From the IMG/VR virus record IMGVR_UViG_3300042691_008788, positions 92,619-156,618 of that record: a stretch of DNA of 64,000 bases; one strand, 5' to 3'. The notes beneath the pieces are model-generated. The model had not been told where the DNA came from. It searched no databases and saw nothing but the letters and a program-made list of their open reading frames with translations. The translations under genes were made by a program, and so were the position numbers. This document shows positions 56,489-64,000 of this stretch, in pieces. The stretch's first letter is position 1, and every line of letters begins with the position of its first letter. Origin of the DNA: a virus.

Positions 56489-57373
56489 TTAACTCTTCAG
56501 ACTTGGAACAAAATCCAGAAAGTTTACGGGCGCACCTTCTATCTTAGTACCCGTTTCTGCTGCTATATCATCAAGCCCCTTGCTAAAGTCAGGCTGTAGA
56601 ATTAGATTCTTAGCCAACTTTGCGCCGAAGCATGGGTCGGTCAGAGCAGATGATATGATTGTATTTCCCAAGGCATAACGCTCCACAAAGGCTAACGCCA
56701 AGGCAAATGTGTTGTTGTCATTGTTTATGAGCGTCTGAATATTACTCTGTAGCGATAGAGCATTCTGCGTCAACTGCCTCAACTGACCCACCGTATCGGC
56801 TAAACCAGAGGCTCCACCAAGTGCCAACTGAGTTTCGATGTTGGACAGTACGGTTCCTATCTGATTCATATTCTGCCCAAAGTTCTCAAAGAATGGACCA
56901 GATATCTGTGGATTTAGAGACGAGAATGCATTGGAGAAGTTGTCCTCAAGCAACTCACCAGGATCCTTCAGTAGATCCTTTATACTGTTGTAGGCAGACA
57001 TTACTCCTATGATTTGATCCAATCTAGGAAGAACTCCGTTGTCTCCTCCGAGTTGAACACCACTCAGCCGCGCTGTATGGGCATTGAAAGCACTTAGTTC
57101 TGTGTTTAGTCCACTCAAAGCACCATTGAGTTCTTCCAAAGAATTGTTAAATGGACTATCTGCGCCAAGAAGTTCATTCAACTTGTTTTGGTTGCCCCCA
57201 AGTTTTTTGCCAAGTGCTTCCGTTACTTGCTGAACTGGATTTCTGAATGCGTTTCCATCCATGAAATCTGCAAGAAACTTCTTTGCATTTGCTGGTAAAA
57301 GTTGAGATATGAGGCTGCAATTTGCAGCATCAAAGATATTTGGATAACCAGGTTGATTCTGCGGCCACACCAT
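56489..57373 (-). CDS. Hypothetical alpha-helical protein coupled to the PAAR gene
   Basis: 294-aa ORF with TAATG overlap; Leu/Asn/Gln-rich helical character. Confidence 0.6.
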   Translation of the reverse strand: MVWPQNQPGYPNIFDAANCSLISQLLPANAKKFLADFMDGNAFRNPVQQVTEALGKKLGGNQNKLNELLGADSPFNNSLEELNGALSGLNTELSAFNAHTARLSGVQLGGDNGVLPRLDQIIGVMSAYNSIKDLLKDPGELLEDNFSNAFSSLNPQISGPFFENFGQNMNQIGTVLSNIETQLALGGASGLADTVGQLRQLTQNALSLQSNIQTLINNDNNTFALALAFVERYALGNTIISSALTDPCFGAKLAKNLILQPDFSKGLDDIAAETGTKIEGAPVNFLDFVPSLKS

Positions 57374-57633
57374 TAGCCAGCCTCCACATTACTACTTGAT
57401 ATAAGAGTATCTCCGCAACTGGCGGAATCTCCCATCCTACAGATACCTATGCCTCCAACAACCACGCTCTGAGATCCCACAGTCATAGTGGGGGAACTAT
57501 GGGGTGAATCCCCGTGTCCCTTGACCTTGCTGCCAATTATGGCAACGGGAAGACCATTTATCTCAACTGATAAATTTCCAGAGGTAATCAATCCGCCAGC
57601 ACTATCTGCGCCAACTCGACCAACGCTAGGCAT
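57373..57633 (-). CDS. PAAR spike-tip protein (gp5.4-like)
   Basis: RVGADSAGG, VEINGLPVAIIG, HGDSPH and ICRMGDSASCG; downstream of gp5. Confidence 0.9.
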   Translation of the reverse strand: MPSVGRVGADSAGGLITSGNLSVEINGLPVAIIGSKVKGHGDSPHSSPTMTVGSQSVVVGGIGICRMGDSASCGDTLISSSNVEAG

Positions 57634-57830
57634 TAGAAAGAACCCCCGTCAATTTCGGTTATGTTGAATCCAGCCAACAACTCAAATCCAGAGTCATAAA
57701 TGTAAGGCGGTATGCCGTATGTTTCGCGCTTGCAGACATAGGTGAAACCATCATCGCTAAAATACACAACATCACCAACTTTATACCTTACTGATAGGCT
57801 AAAAACCCCACGCCAGTTTAGTGGGATCAT
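57633..57830 (-). CDS. Small protein with a CBM5/12-like aromatic motif
   Basis: WRGVF...YKVGDVVYF...TYVC, ending IDGGSF; coupled to both gp5 and PAAR. Confidence 0.55.
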   Translation of the reverse strand: MIPLNWRGVFSLSVRYKVGDVVYFSDDGFTYVCKRETYGIPPYIYDSGFELLAGFNITEIDGGSF

Positions 57831-58954
57831 GTCAAGTCTCCGACTGGAACGGTTGGATCAGACCCCCCTCGCGGAGAGTTTAGTTTGATCGATGGGGCTT
57901 CTCCCGATAGGAAGACATCCGAGTTCTTGGCCGTCTTGACAACTGCATTCTTACCAGATTTAAGAACGATGTTTCCTTCTGCCTCAACTACAAAGTCGCC
58001 ATTGACTTTGAAATAGCGGCTGTCTTCAACTGTTTCTCTATACTTCTTCTTTACCGTAAGATCTACATTCTTCTCAACTGTGCCACGGACATTTCCCGTT
58101 ACATACAGATTGACATCTCTATCCACTTGTATGTTTAGATCTCCACTATCTTCTCCAGCCCCAATGTATATCTTTGCCGAGCCGTCTACTGTGATCTTGG
58201 CACTACCCTTGATATGGACAAAGTCATCACCAGCCAATATCTCATAGTTGTTTCCTTTGACCTTGTGAACCCGAGTTCCTTTTGGGTCTTTTTCCCAACC
58301 ATTTGCAACTTCCTCAAAACTTCCACCTGGATGATAGGTGTGGTGACGCTCCTTGTCTTTGGTATCATCCCACTCCTCGACCATCCCACTCTCTGTCGCA
58401 AAGACCTTGTTCTTGGGATATTTCGGTTTGTATGGTGACTCTGGCTCAGTCCACTTTTCGACATCATTACTGTCGAGTGCTACTGGAACATCTTTCTTCT
58501 TGTCTTTCTTTCTATCCTCTATCACAGTCTTATCTGTGTTTTCACCAGTGGCTAGAAAGTTAACATCAGAGTGTTTCTTGTCAACATATTCCTTTGTGGG
58601 ATAAGTTTCCGATGGATCATTGAAGCCAAACTTCTTGTTTGCAACTTCATCAGGAATACCGCCAACAGAAAACATAACAACTGGCTGCTGTGCATTTGAA
58701 CCATCTCTGAAAAAACCAAAGACATGAGAACCAGCCACAAGTCCAGTTGGCGATTTACCAACCCCGCTTATGGATGCACTTGTTATGTCTTGCAATGGGT
58801 GCGCCCACGGCAAATCATCCGTAGGAAGCATCTTTTTGTTGGGTGGGTGGTATCCAAAAATACGAACTCGCACCCTACCCAATTTCAATGGGTCATCTGT
58901 GTCTTCAACGACACCAAACCACCAGACGAATCCAGCCTGACCCATTATGTCCAT
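57827..58954 (-). CDS. gp5: Baseplate central spike without a lysozyme domain
   Basis: OB-fold WWFGVVED..DPLKLGRVRVRI, LPWA, VFGFFRDG..AQQP; then YPKNKV.ATESG..EEWDDT and C-terminal beta-helix repeats. Confidence 0.93.
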   Translation of the reverse strand: MDIMGQAGFVWWFGVVEDTDDPLKLGRVRVRIFGYHPPNKKMLPTDDLPWAHPLQDITSASISGVGKSPTGLVAGSHVFGFFRDGSNAQQPVVMFSVGGIPDEVANKKFGFNDPSETYPTKEYVDKKHSDVNFLATGENTDKTVIEDRKKDKKKDVPVALDSNDVEKWTEPESPYKPKYPKNKVFATESGMVEEWDDTKDKERHHTYHPGGSFEEVANGWEKDPKGTRVHKVKGNNYEILAGDDFVHIKGSAKITVDGSAKIYIGAGEDSGDLNIQVDRDVNLYVTGNVRGTVEKNVDLTVKKKYRETVEDSRYFKVNGDFVVEAEGNIVLKSGKNAVVKTAKNSDVFLSGEAPSIKLNSPRGGSDPTVPVGDLT

Positions 58955-58957
58955 TTA

Positions 58958-59101
58958 TCATCGGTTCCTTTCGGGAGTGCCGAAGTTTTCGTTTCCCCAC
59001 CGTTCCCAGTCGAGCAACTCTTCCTTTGTATACGGCAACTTGTTCAACTTGTCTTGAGTTTCGCGGGGAGTTATTACCTTGCGTTCGTTCTTCTCTTCCA
59101 T
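58958..59101 (-). CDS. Small hypothetical protein (47 aa)
   Basis: MEEKNERKVITPRETQDKLNKLPYTKEELLDWERWGNENFGTPERNR with a GGAGA SD. It ends TGA TAA immediately before the gp5 ATG and fills the gap without overlap. Confidence 0.55.
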   Translation of the reverse strand: MEEKNERKVITPRETQDKLNKLPYTKEELLDWERWGNENFGTPERNR

Positions 59102-59124
59102 AGTATTCTCCATTCTGTATAAGG

Positions 59125-60432
59125 TTACTCAAACTTGTCGGGGATACCCTTTATCAATGAATCCTTGGCAATATCTATGATGGTTCTGTATCCTATTTCA
59201 GGGTCATTGCTTATTGTATGTTTTATTCCAAATATGAGATATCTGCCACTGAGATATGGATCAACCCAATCCTGTTCATTTTCGGAAAGATATCCAGCCT
59301 TTGGTATGTCAAACTCAATTACATCAAGCAATCGCAAAGATGAATTTCCTGCAACCATTTTGGTAAGTCTAATGGTATTGAACTGCTCAAGAAGACTATT
59401 CCTATATTGAAAGAACTTCTCTGGTGTTTCATTCTCTGCAACATCATCAAACTTTTTGTTTTGAACTGGCAGAAGAGCCATGTTGCCAATATTTGTTTGC
59501 TTCATGGATTTCTCTGTTGCGGGAAGCAGAGGATATTTGTTCAAATGCTTAGATGATCCAAATATATCATCGTAGTTTACTTCATTAGACTTGAATTTCT
59601 TAGTCGTTATATCGTGAGTATAAAGAACACTTGAGTACATACCCATCTTGTATTCTTTTAGTCTGTCGAAGTAAGATCTAACTGTATATTCCTGCGTCTT
59701 CTCAAGAAATCTATTTACATCGGTTTGATTTGCTGCATTATTTGGCTCATATCTAAATTTCATTTTTGGTCTATTTTCAACCTTGGACATTATGTCTGTA
59801 AAATGAAATCCATCAACATCTTCATAGAATACAAAACATGATGGGTTTGATGGAGTTGTTCCTGGAGAAAATGCTCTGTATGCCAACCAGTTCATACAAT
59901 CCAGTGGACTCCAATATGGAAATATAAACTTGAATGTCTTTGAGCCTGTATCACCTATCTCATGCAGTTTCTTGATATCCGCATCCGATGTGAAATTTTC
60001 TATGAACAAATCTCTAACCATCTTTCCGATGGTTCCCTTTTTCGAACATGCTACGCGCATCATTCCATTCTTATACTGTATATCGCTTACGAACTGCAAC
60101 TTGTATACTTGGCCTTTTTCATTAGTTGATCTGCCAAGTCCACGGACAGCAAACACTTTTCCAGTTAGTGTTACTATGTCGGTAGTTCCTCTTGTTCTAT
60201 AAGACACCTGTATAGTCTCATTCCCAACCAACGGTATTGTACCAGAGTAGTTCAACGAATCAGCAATAACAACCTCACCGAACAACTTGTTATCAAATAT
60301 GTTTTCGTAGATATCCAACTCAACAAACTGACTTATCAAACTTACGGGATCTCCACCTCTATTTGAAACTACCGTGAGGGTGAGCAGATCGAAATCGTTT
60401 GGCTTATCGTAAGACTTTGGGTTACTTTTCAT
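59125..60432 (-). CDS. Baseplate hub protein (gp27-like)
   Basis: LDIYENIF...G.V.I.DS, PLVGNE, FIFPYWSP, FVFYED.DGFHF and SGRYLI..IKH; between gp53 and gp5. Confidence 0.75.
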   Translation of the reverse strand: MKSNPKSYDKPNDFDLLTLTVVSNRGGDPVSLISQFVELDIYENIFDNKLFGEVVIADSLNYSGTIPLVGNETIQVSYRTRGTTDIVTLTGKVFAVRGLGRSTNEKGQVYKLQFVSDIQYKNGMMRVACSKKGTIGKMVRDLFIENFTSDADIKKLHEIGDTGSKTFKFIFPYWSPLDCMNWLAYRAFSPGTTPSNPSCFVFYEDVDGFHFTDIMSKVENRPKMKFRYEPNNAANQTDVNRFLEKTQEYTVRSYFDRLKEYKMGMYSSVLYTHDITTKKFKSNEVNYDDIFGSSKHLNKYPLLPATEKSMKQTNIGNMALLPVQNKKFDDVAENETPEKFFQYRNSLLEQFNTIRLTKMVAGNSSLRLLDVIEFDIPKAGYLSENEQDWVDPYLSGRYLIFGIKHTISNDPEIGYRTIIDIAKDSLIKGIPDKFE

Positions 60433-61292
60433 CTAAGTTTATTCTCAATGTCTTTTTCAAGGTTCCCCAGACTCGACTTATTGACTATCAGTATATTTCT
60501 CTTCTCGTCGTTTTTCTCTATTTCGTATTCCCTATTAGTTACCATACCAACTGTATAATCTTCAAAGATGTATCGTCCAATAGGCGTGGCACCAAAAGTA
60601 AATCCCATGTCAGTAGAAGTCAAGTACTCATTATGAAGAGATGATGGTATTCTTGGGTTCAATTCTTCACCATCAGAGTTTTCAAAATGGTGGGCTGCAT
60701 ACGGTGATTCTATGACTTTTCCAATCTTTGCGACATAGTACACAGGTACACCCAATCTGTTCTTACTTGCTCCAGCAATGTAGTCTCCCTCTTGGGGAAC
60801 CCATGCTGTTTTTTGGGTAAACTCCACGACAAGTTTACAATACGCTGGATCATACGAAGCAACCCTACCGTTCTTCAGAGAATCCTGTATTGCTGGCTGT
60901 AGACTAGCACTTGTAACTCCAGTGGCATAGACGATGTCATTGATTCGGAAAGAACCTCCGAAAGCATCAATACCATTGATATCAGTAAGGAACATGGTGT
61001 ATCCAGGATACTTTTCACTGATGTAGTTTTCGAGTGATTGACTACTTAGCATCCAATCGTAATAGGGATTGATTAATTTGTTTATAGTCAATGAAACCCA
61101 ATGAAGATTGACATCTCCATATGTTCTATGAGCAAACATCTCAGGTCGTTCACCATCACGGATGGTGGAGTTTAATGGAAATGACCTTTCTTCTATCAGA
61201 TATTGATCAACATCAAACCTTACGATGATGTCCGTCATATCCTTGAACCCTTGGGGGGTTATGTATGTTACCCTTGGAAATTTATCGTACAT
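60429..61292 (-). CDS. gp53: Baseplate wedge subunit (LysM-like)
   Basis: IRDGERPEMFAHRTYGD..LHWV...N...NPYYDW and VTNREYE...NDEKRNI. Confidence 0.9.
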   Translation of the reverse strand: MYDKFPRVTYITPQGFKDMTDIIVRFDVDQYLIEERSFPLNSTIRDGERPEMFAHRTYGDVNLHWVSLTINKLINPYYDWMLSSQSLENYISEKYPGYTMFLTDINGIDAFGGSFRINDIVYATGVTSASLQPAIQDSLKNGRVASYDPAYCKLVVEFTQKTAWVPQEGDYIAGASKNRLGVPVYYVAKIGKVIESPYAAHHFENSDGEELNPRIPSSLHNEYLTSTDMGFTFGATPIGRYIFEDYTVGMVTNREYEIEKNDEKRNILIVNKSSLGNLEKDIENKLR

Positions 61293-61294
61293 CT

Positions 61295-62818
61295 TTAGAA
61301 TCCGTGGATGATGTGTTCGTTTGTTAGTTGTTCCATTTCCATGAAACCAAGTTCAAGACGAATAAACGCTGGTTTTGAGTCTGGAAATGTCTTGAACGAC
61401 TCTGTTGGTGAGTAATCTACATTTATAGATTGCAGAGCAAGCCTGGGCATCTTTGGTAGATTATCATTGACAAATAGATTCCCAACCCCATCTATTGTAT
61501 AAAATGACATCTCAAACTCTGCTGGAAATGTAAAAAATGCACCACCAGTTCTAAGTCCAGGATAAGCATGATATCTCAAAAGTCGTATTATGTCTAATGC
61601 TGTTTCTGCCTCTGTTGGATTCTTCGGAGCAAACTCAAATGAAAACTGATGTGTCCGTATTGCTGGATCTCTAAACAAAAGTTCTCTTCTAGGATTTGCA
61701 CTTGAACGGGTGTTTGCATTTCTTGCTCCTTGAAAATTCAAATCACCAGCAAGATTTACAACAGGTGAAACTGCATCAAGGCCAAGTGTAATTTTACTAA
61801 GACCACCAAGACCACCTAGAATAACATCTGTTACTGCTTTTACACTGCCTCGTTCAACCAAACCAGCCAGTCCACCTCGTTTTCCAGTTATAGCATCAGA
61901 CAATGACTTAATCGGACCCATTTCTTCTTCAGAATACACAAGTTGATCACCAAATGTTATCTTTTGAGGCATGTATAAACAGATGGTATCCTTGGTCTTT
62001 ACATTGGCATTATTGAATCTTCTGTTTGCGAGCAGTATGTTCTGCTCATTTTTTGGCCTATTTACTTTTCGACCAGATATTCCCTTCTGATCGTAGTTCT
62101 TTGCAGTTTGATTTTTTGGATCAAGAAAATCTGTTGTCTGCACTAAACTCTGCAAAAATTCTGCTCCTTCTTCTTTGGCTTTGTCTAAAACTTGTCCCCC
62201 AAATTGTAGCCATCCCGAATTTTCCCCACCTTCGAAATTTGCTAGTCCAAAATCTATACCATTGGAGTCAATGAACCCAGGTTGAGAGAGTGTAATACCA
62301 TCAACTGAATTTTCATATATCCGTTTTGCTTCTTCAAAATCCTTGGAAAAAGGATCATAACCACCTTGTATTAATGCCCCATTTATTTCTTCATCAGAAA
62401 GTCTCCACTGATTGCCACCTCTGGCAAGTACAGCACTAACAGCCTGATCCCTGTTTCGTTTCTCTCTGGTACTAAGATTTACTTGCTCGGAATCTCCTTG
62501 ATAAATATTGAGTACTATGAAATGTTTGTATCTCGCATTATTACCAAGATCATGTGGATAGTAAAGAAGTCTTGGCAAATCTTCGCCCAATGAATAAGTG
62601 GATTTTTTTATGAAATCCTTAAACTCTGGTGATCGTGTTGCATCCGACTGATTGGACTCAACGATCATGTCCTCAAGTGAATCGGCAGCAAAAAATCTTT
62701 CATAGTATCTCTTATTGGAGCCAGCGGACGCAGTAAATTTCAATTCTGAATAGGTTGCGTCCCCTATAGTCTCATCTTCTTTGTATCTAAACTTTGTTGT
62801 ATTATCGTGCATCGCCAT
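61295..62818 (-). CDS. gp48: Baseplate tail-tube cap (extended)
   Basis: LYYPHDL, ICLYMP, NPRRELLFR...RTHQFSFEFAPKN..E, FPAEF, LQSINVDY and L.FMEME.LT. Confidence 0.85.
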   Translation of the reverse strand: MAMHDNTTKFRYKEDETIGDATYSELKFTASAGSNKRYYERFFAADSLEDMIVESNQSDATRSPEFKDFIKKSTYSLGEDLPRLLYYPHDLGNNARYKHFIVLNIYQGDSEQVNLSTREKRNRDQAVSAVLARGGNQWRLSDEEINGALIQGGYDPFSKDFEEAKRIYENSVDGITLSQPGFIDSNGIDFGLANFEGGENSGWLQFGGQVLDKAKEEGAEFLQSLVQTTDFLDPKNQTAKNYDQKGISGRKVNRPKNEQNILLANRRFNNANVKTKDTICLYMPQKITFGDQLVYSEEEMGPIKSLSDAITGKRGGLAGLVERGSVKAVTDVILGGLGGLSKITLGLDAVSPVVNLAGDLNFQGARNANTRSSANPRRELLFRDPAIRTHQFSFEFAPKNPTEAETALDIIRLLRYHAYPGLRTGGAFFTFPAEFEMSFYTIDGVGNLFVNDNLPKMPRLALQSINVDYSPTESFKTFPDSKPAFIRLELGFMEMEQLTNEHIIHGF

Positions 62819-63277
62819 ATGTCTAACCTAGAGAAAAAATTCCTTCAGGGTACATTTAGCCCAAAGAATCCAAAAAAATACAAGGGCGACCCAACCAAGA
62901 TTATTTATAGAAGTTCTTGGGAAAGAAAGTTTATGGATTACTGTGATTTAAAAGATTCCATCATCGAATGGTCTAGCGAGTCAACTGTTGTTCCATACAG
63001 ATACGAAATGGACGGAAAACCTCATAGGTATTTCATAGACTTCAAAATAGTGGTCAAGGAAAGCAAAGGATCCACTCAGACCTACTTGGTCGAGATCAAG
63101 CCAAAGAAGCAAACCAAACCACCAAAACAACCAAAAAGAAAGACTAAGACCTATTTGTATGAATCTATGCAGTATATCAAGAACCAAAACAAGTGGGATG
63201 CTGCCAAAAAATATGCTGAAGCAAGAGGATGGAAGTTTATCATCCTGACAGAAACCGATCTAGGAATAAAAAACTGA
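62819..63277 (+). CDS. gp4: Head completion nuclease (TnsA-like)
   Basis: PKNPKKYKGDPTKIIYRSSWERKFM.YCD, WSSE, HRYFIDF, LVEIKP and NQNKWDAA; ATG at 62819 preferred over the GTG at 62807. Confidence 0.94.
   Translation: MSNLEKKFLQGTFSPKNPKKYKGDPTKIIYRSSWERKFMDYCDLKDSIIEWSSESTVVPYRYEMDGKPHRYFIDFKIVVKESKGSTQTYLVEIKPKKQTKPPKQPKRKTKTYLYESMQYIKNQNKWDAAKKYAEARGWKFIILTETDLGIKN
62902..62909 (-). promoter_or_regulatory. Consensus late promoter TATAAATA inside gp4, pointing at gp48
   Basis: Exact T4 late consensus 83 nt upstream of the gp48 ATG; there is no intergenic space for any other promoter. Confidence 0.6.
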
Positions 63278-64000
63278 TGGCCGAATACAACGACAAGGAA
63301 ATGGACGGAATCTTTGGTAGAGCCATTGGCAACCTAAAAAGGATTGTCGGTGATCGAAAAGAAAAGGATGAAGAGGTTGATGATTCCCTAACTTTAAAGT
63401 CCATATTCAAATCCATAAAGGAAATGAAGGACGAGAGTCTTGATAAAACTGATGATCCAGATGATTTGTCTCTAGACTCGTTGAAGTGGTTTGAAGAGTT
63501 TGCAGTAGATGCATATGAGGATATAACCAACTCTAGTCAGTATGATAGGAGAACAAAACAGAAAATACTCCGAAACAGTGTGTCTGATTACTACACATCC
63601 AAGATAAGAAGCGGAACTATGTGGACTTTCGCTTACAATCCAGAAACAAGAAATGAGTTAGATTATTGGGATAGATTTCCACTTATCATAATGCTTATCA
63701 GCGAAAAAGACGATCCAACATCTTTTCTTGGGATGAACCTACACTATCTCTATCCAAGGTACAGAAGATTAGTTCTGATGAGTCTTCTTGGCTATATGAA
63801 CGGGGATCTATCGAACACCGAGAGTAGAATAATGTTGATGAACCTCAATAAACTCAGAAAGTTTCCAAATAGATATGGTAGGGTTTGCATAAGAAGATAC
63901 AAGTATAAAAACATACTTGGAAAGATGTTGAGAATACCACCAGAGCATTGGATGAAAGCGATATATCTCCCAACATATCAATTTGTAGGGGCAAGGCCAA
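63277..64000 (+). CDS. gp2: DNA end protector protein; 3' end runs off the window
   Basis: Absent from the ORF track because it has no stop in the window. Translation from ATG 63277 (TGATG overlap) gives GTMWTFAYNP...LDYWDRFPLI...FLGMNLHYL and CIRRY...W..AIYLP. Confidence 0.9.
   Translation, partial: MAEYNDKEMDGIFGRAIGNLKRIVGDRKEKDEEVDDSLTLKSIFKSIKEMKDESLDKTDDPDDLSLDSLKWFEEFAVDAYEDITNSSQYDRRTKQKILRNSVSDYYTSKIRSGTMWTFAYNPETRNELDYWDRFPLIIMLISEKDDPTSFLGMNLHYLYPRYRRLVLMSLLGYMNGDLSNTESRIMLMNLNKLRKFPNRYGRVCIRRYKYKNILGKMLRIPPEHWMKAIYLPTYQFVGARP

Noticed and set aside
58905-59132. 75-aa minus-strand ORF in the track
   Set aside because: It overlaps both neighbours; the SD-led 47-aa ORF at 58958..59101 fits the gap exactly.
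21938-62818. Bacterial eCIS/T6SS locus (two sheaths, PAAR, spike)
   Set aside because: Portal, terminase, capsid, protease, neck and gp55 genes show a complete T4-like phage.
62819-63277. TnsA-like nuclease read as a sign of a Tn7-type transposon
   Set aside because: It is the T4 gp4 head-completion protein in its normal position next to gp2; no transposon ends or partner genes.
63240-63530. 96-aa minus-strand ORF
   Set aside because: It is antisense to gp2, which occupies the plus strand.
1-64000. Genome-wide stop-codon reassignment
   Set aside because: Core genes are full length in the standard code and end in TAA, TAG and TGA; only one in-frame TGA junction (37413) is suggestive.
1-64000. 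Introns, inteins, homing endonucleases, DGR, tRNAs, CRISPR arrays
   Set aside because: gp17, gp20, gp23, UvsW and gp46/47 are uninterrupted and of normal size. I saw no reverse transcriptase, cloverleaf or spaced repeat, and intergenic gaps are too short; this was checked by eye only.

Overview
This 64-kb window comes from a large T4-like (myovirus) phage genome. Almost all genes lie on the minus strand. Read right to left, it carries the virion morphogenesis region: gp2 and gp4 on the plus strand, then gp48, gp53, a hub protein, gp5, PAAR, a holin-like gene, gp25, gp6, gp7, gp8, a VrlC-like protein, a fibre/lectin cluster, gp13-15, gp16-17, two gp18 sheath genes, gp19-23 and gp3. After these come uvsY, dCMP deaminase, uvsW, gp55, gp47 and gp46. 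I found no tRNA, CRISPR array, intron, intein or homing endonuclease. The most unusual points are: (1) two tandem tail-sheath paralogues; (2) a ~9.3-kb module that splits gp47 from gp46 and encodes a probable protease-processed polyprotein, two adaptor-like paralogues and a 2272-aa multi-domain glycan-active protein; (3) a G-x-T/G-x-C micro-motif that recurs across tail, neck, baseplate and fibre proteins and may be a modification sequon; (4) a beta-helix fibre split by one in-frame TGA; (5) divergent genes whose start codons touch (CAT|ATG); (6) an orphan antisense sigma70 promoter beside gp55. All family assignments rest on recognising motifs and T4 synteny by eye; no database search was run.
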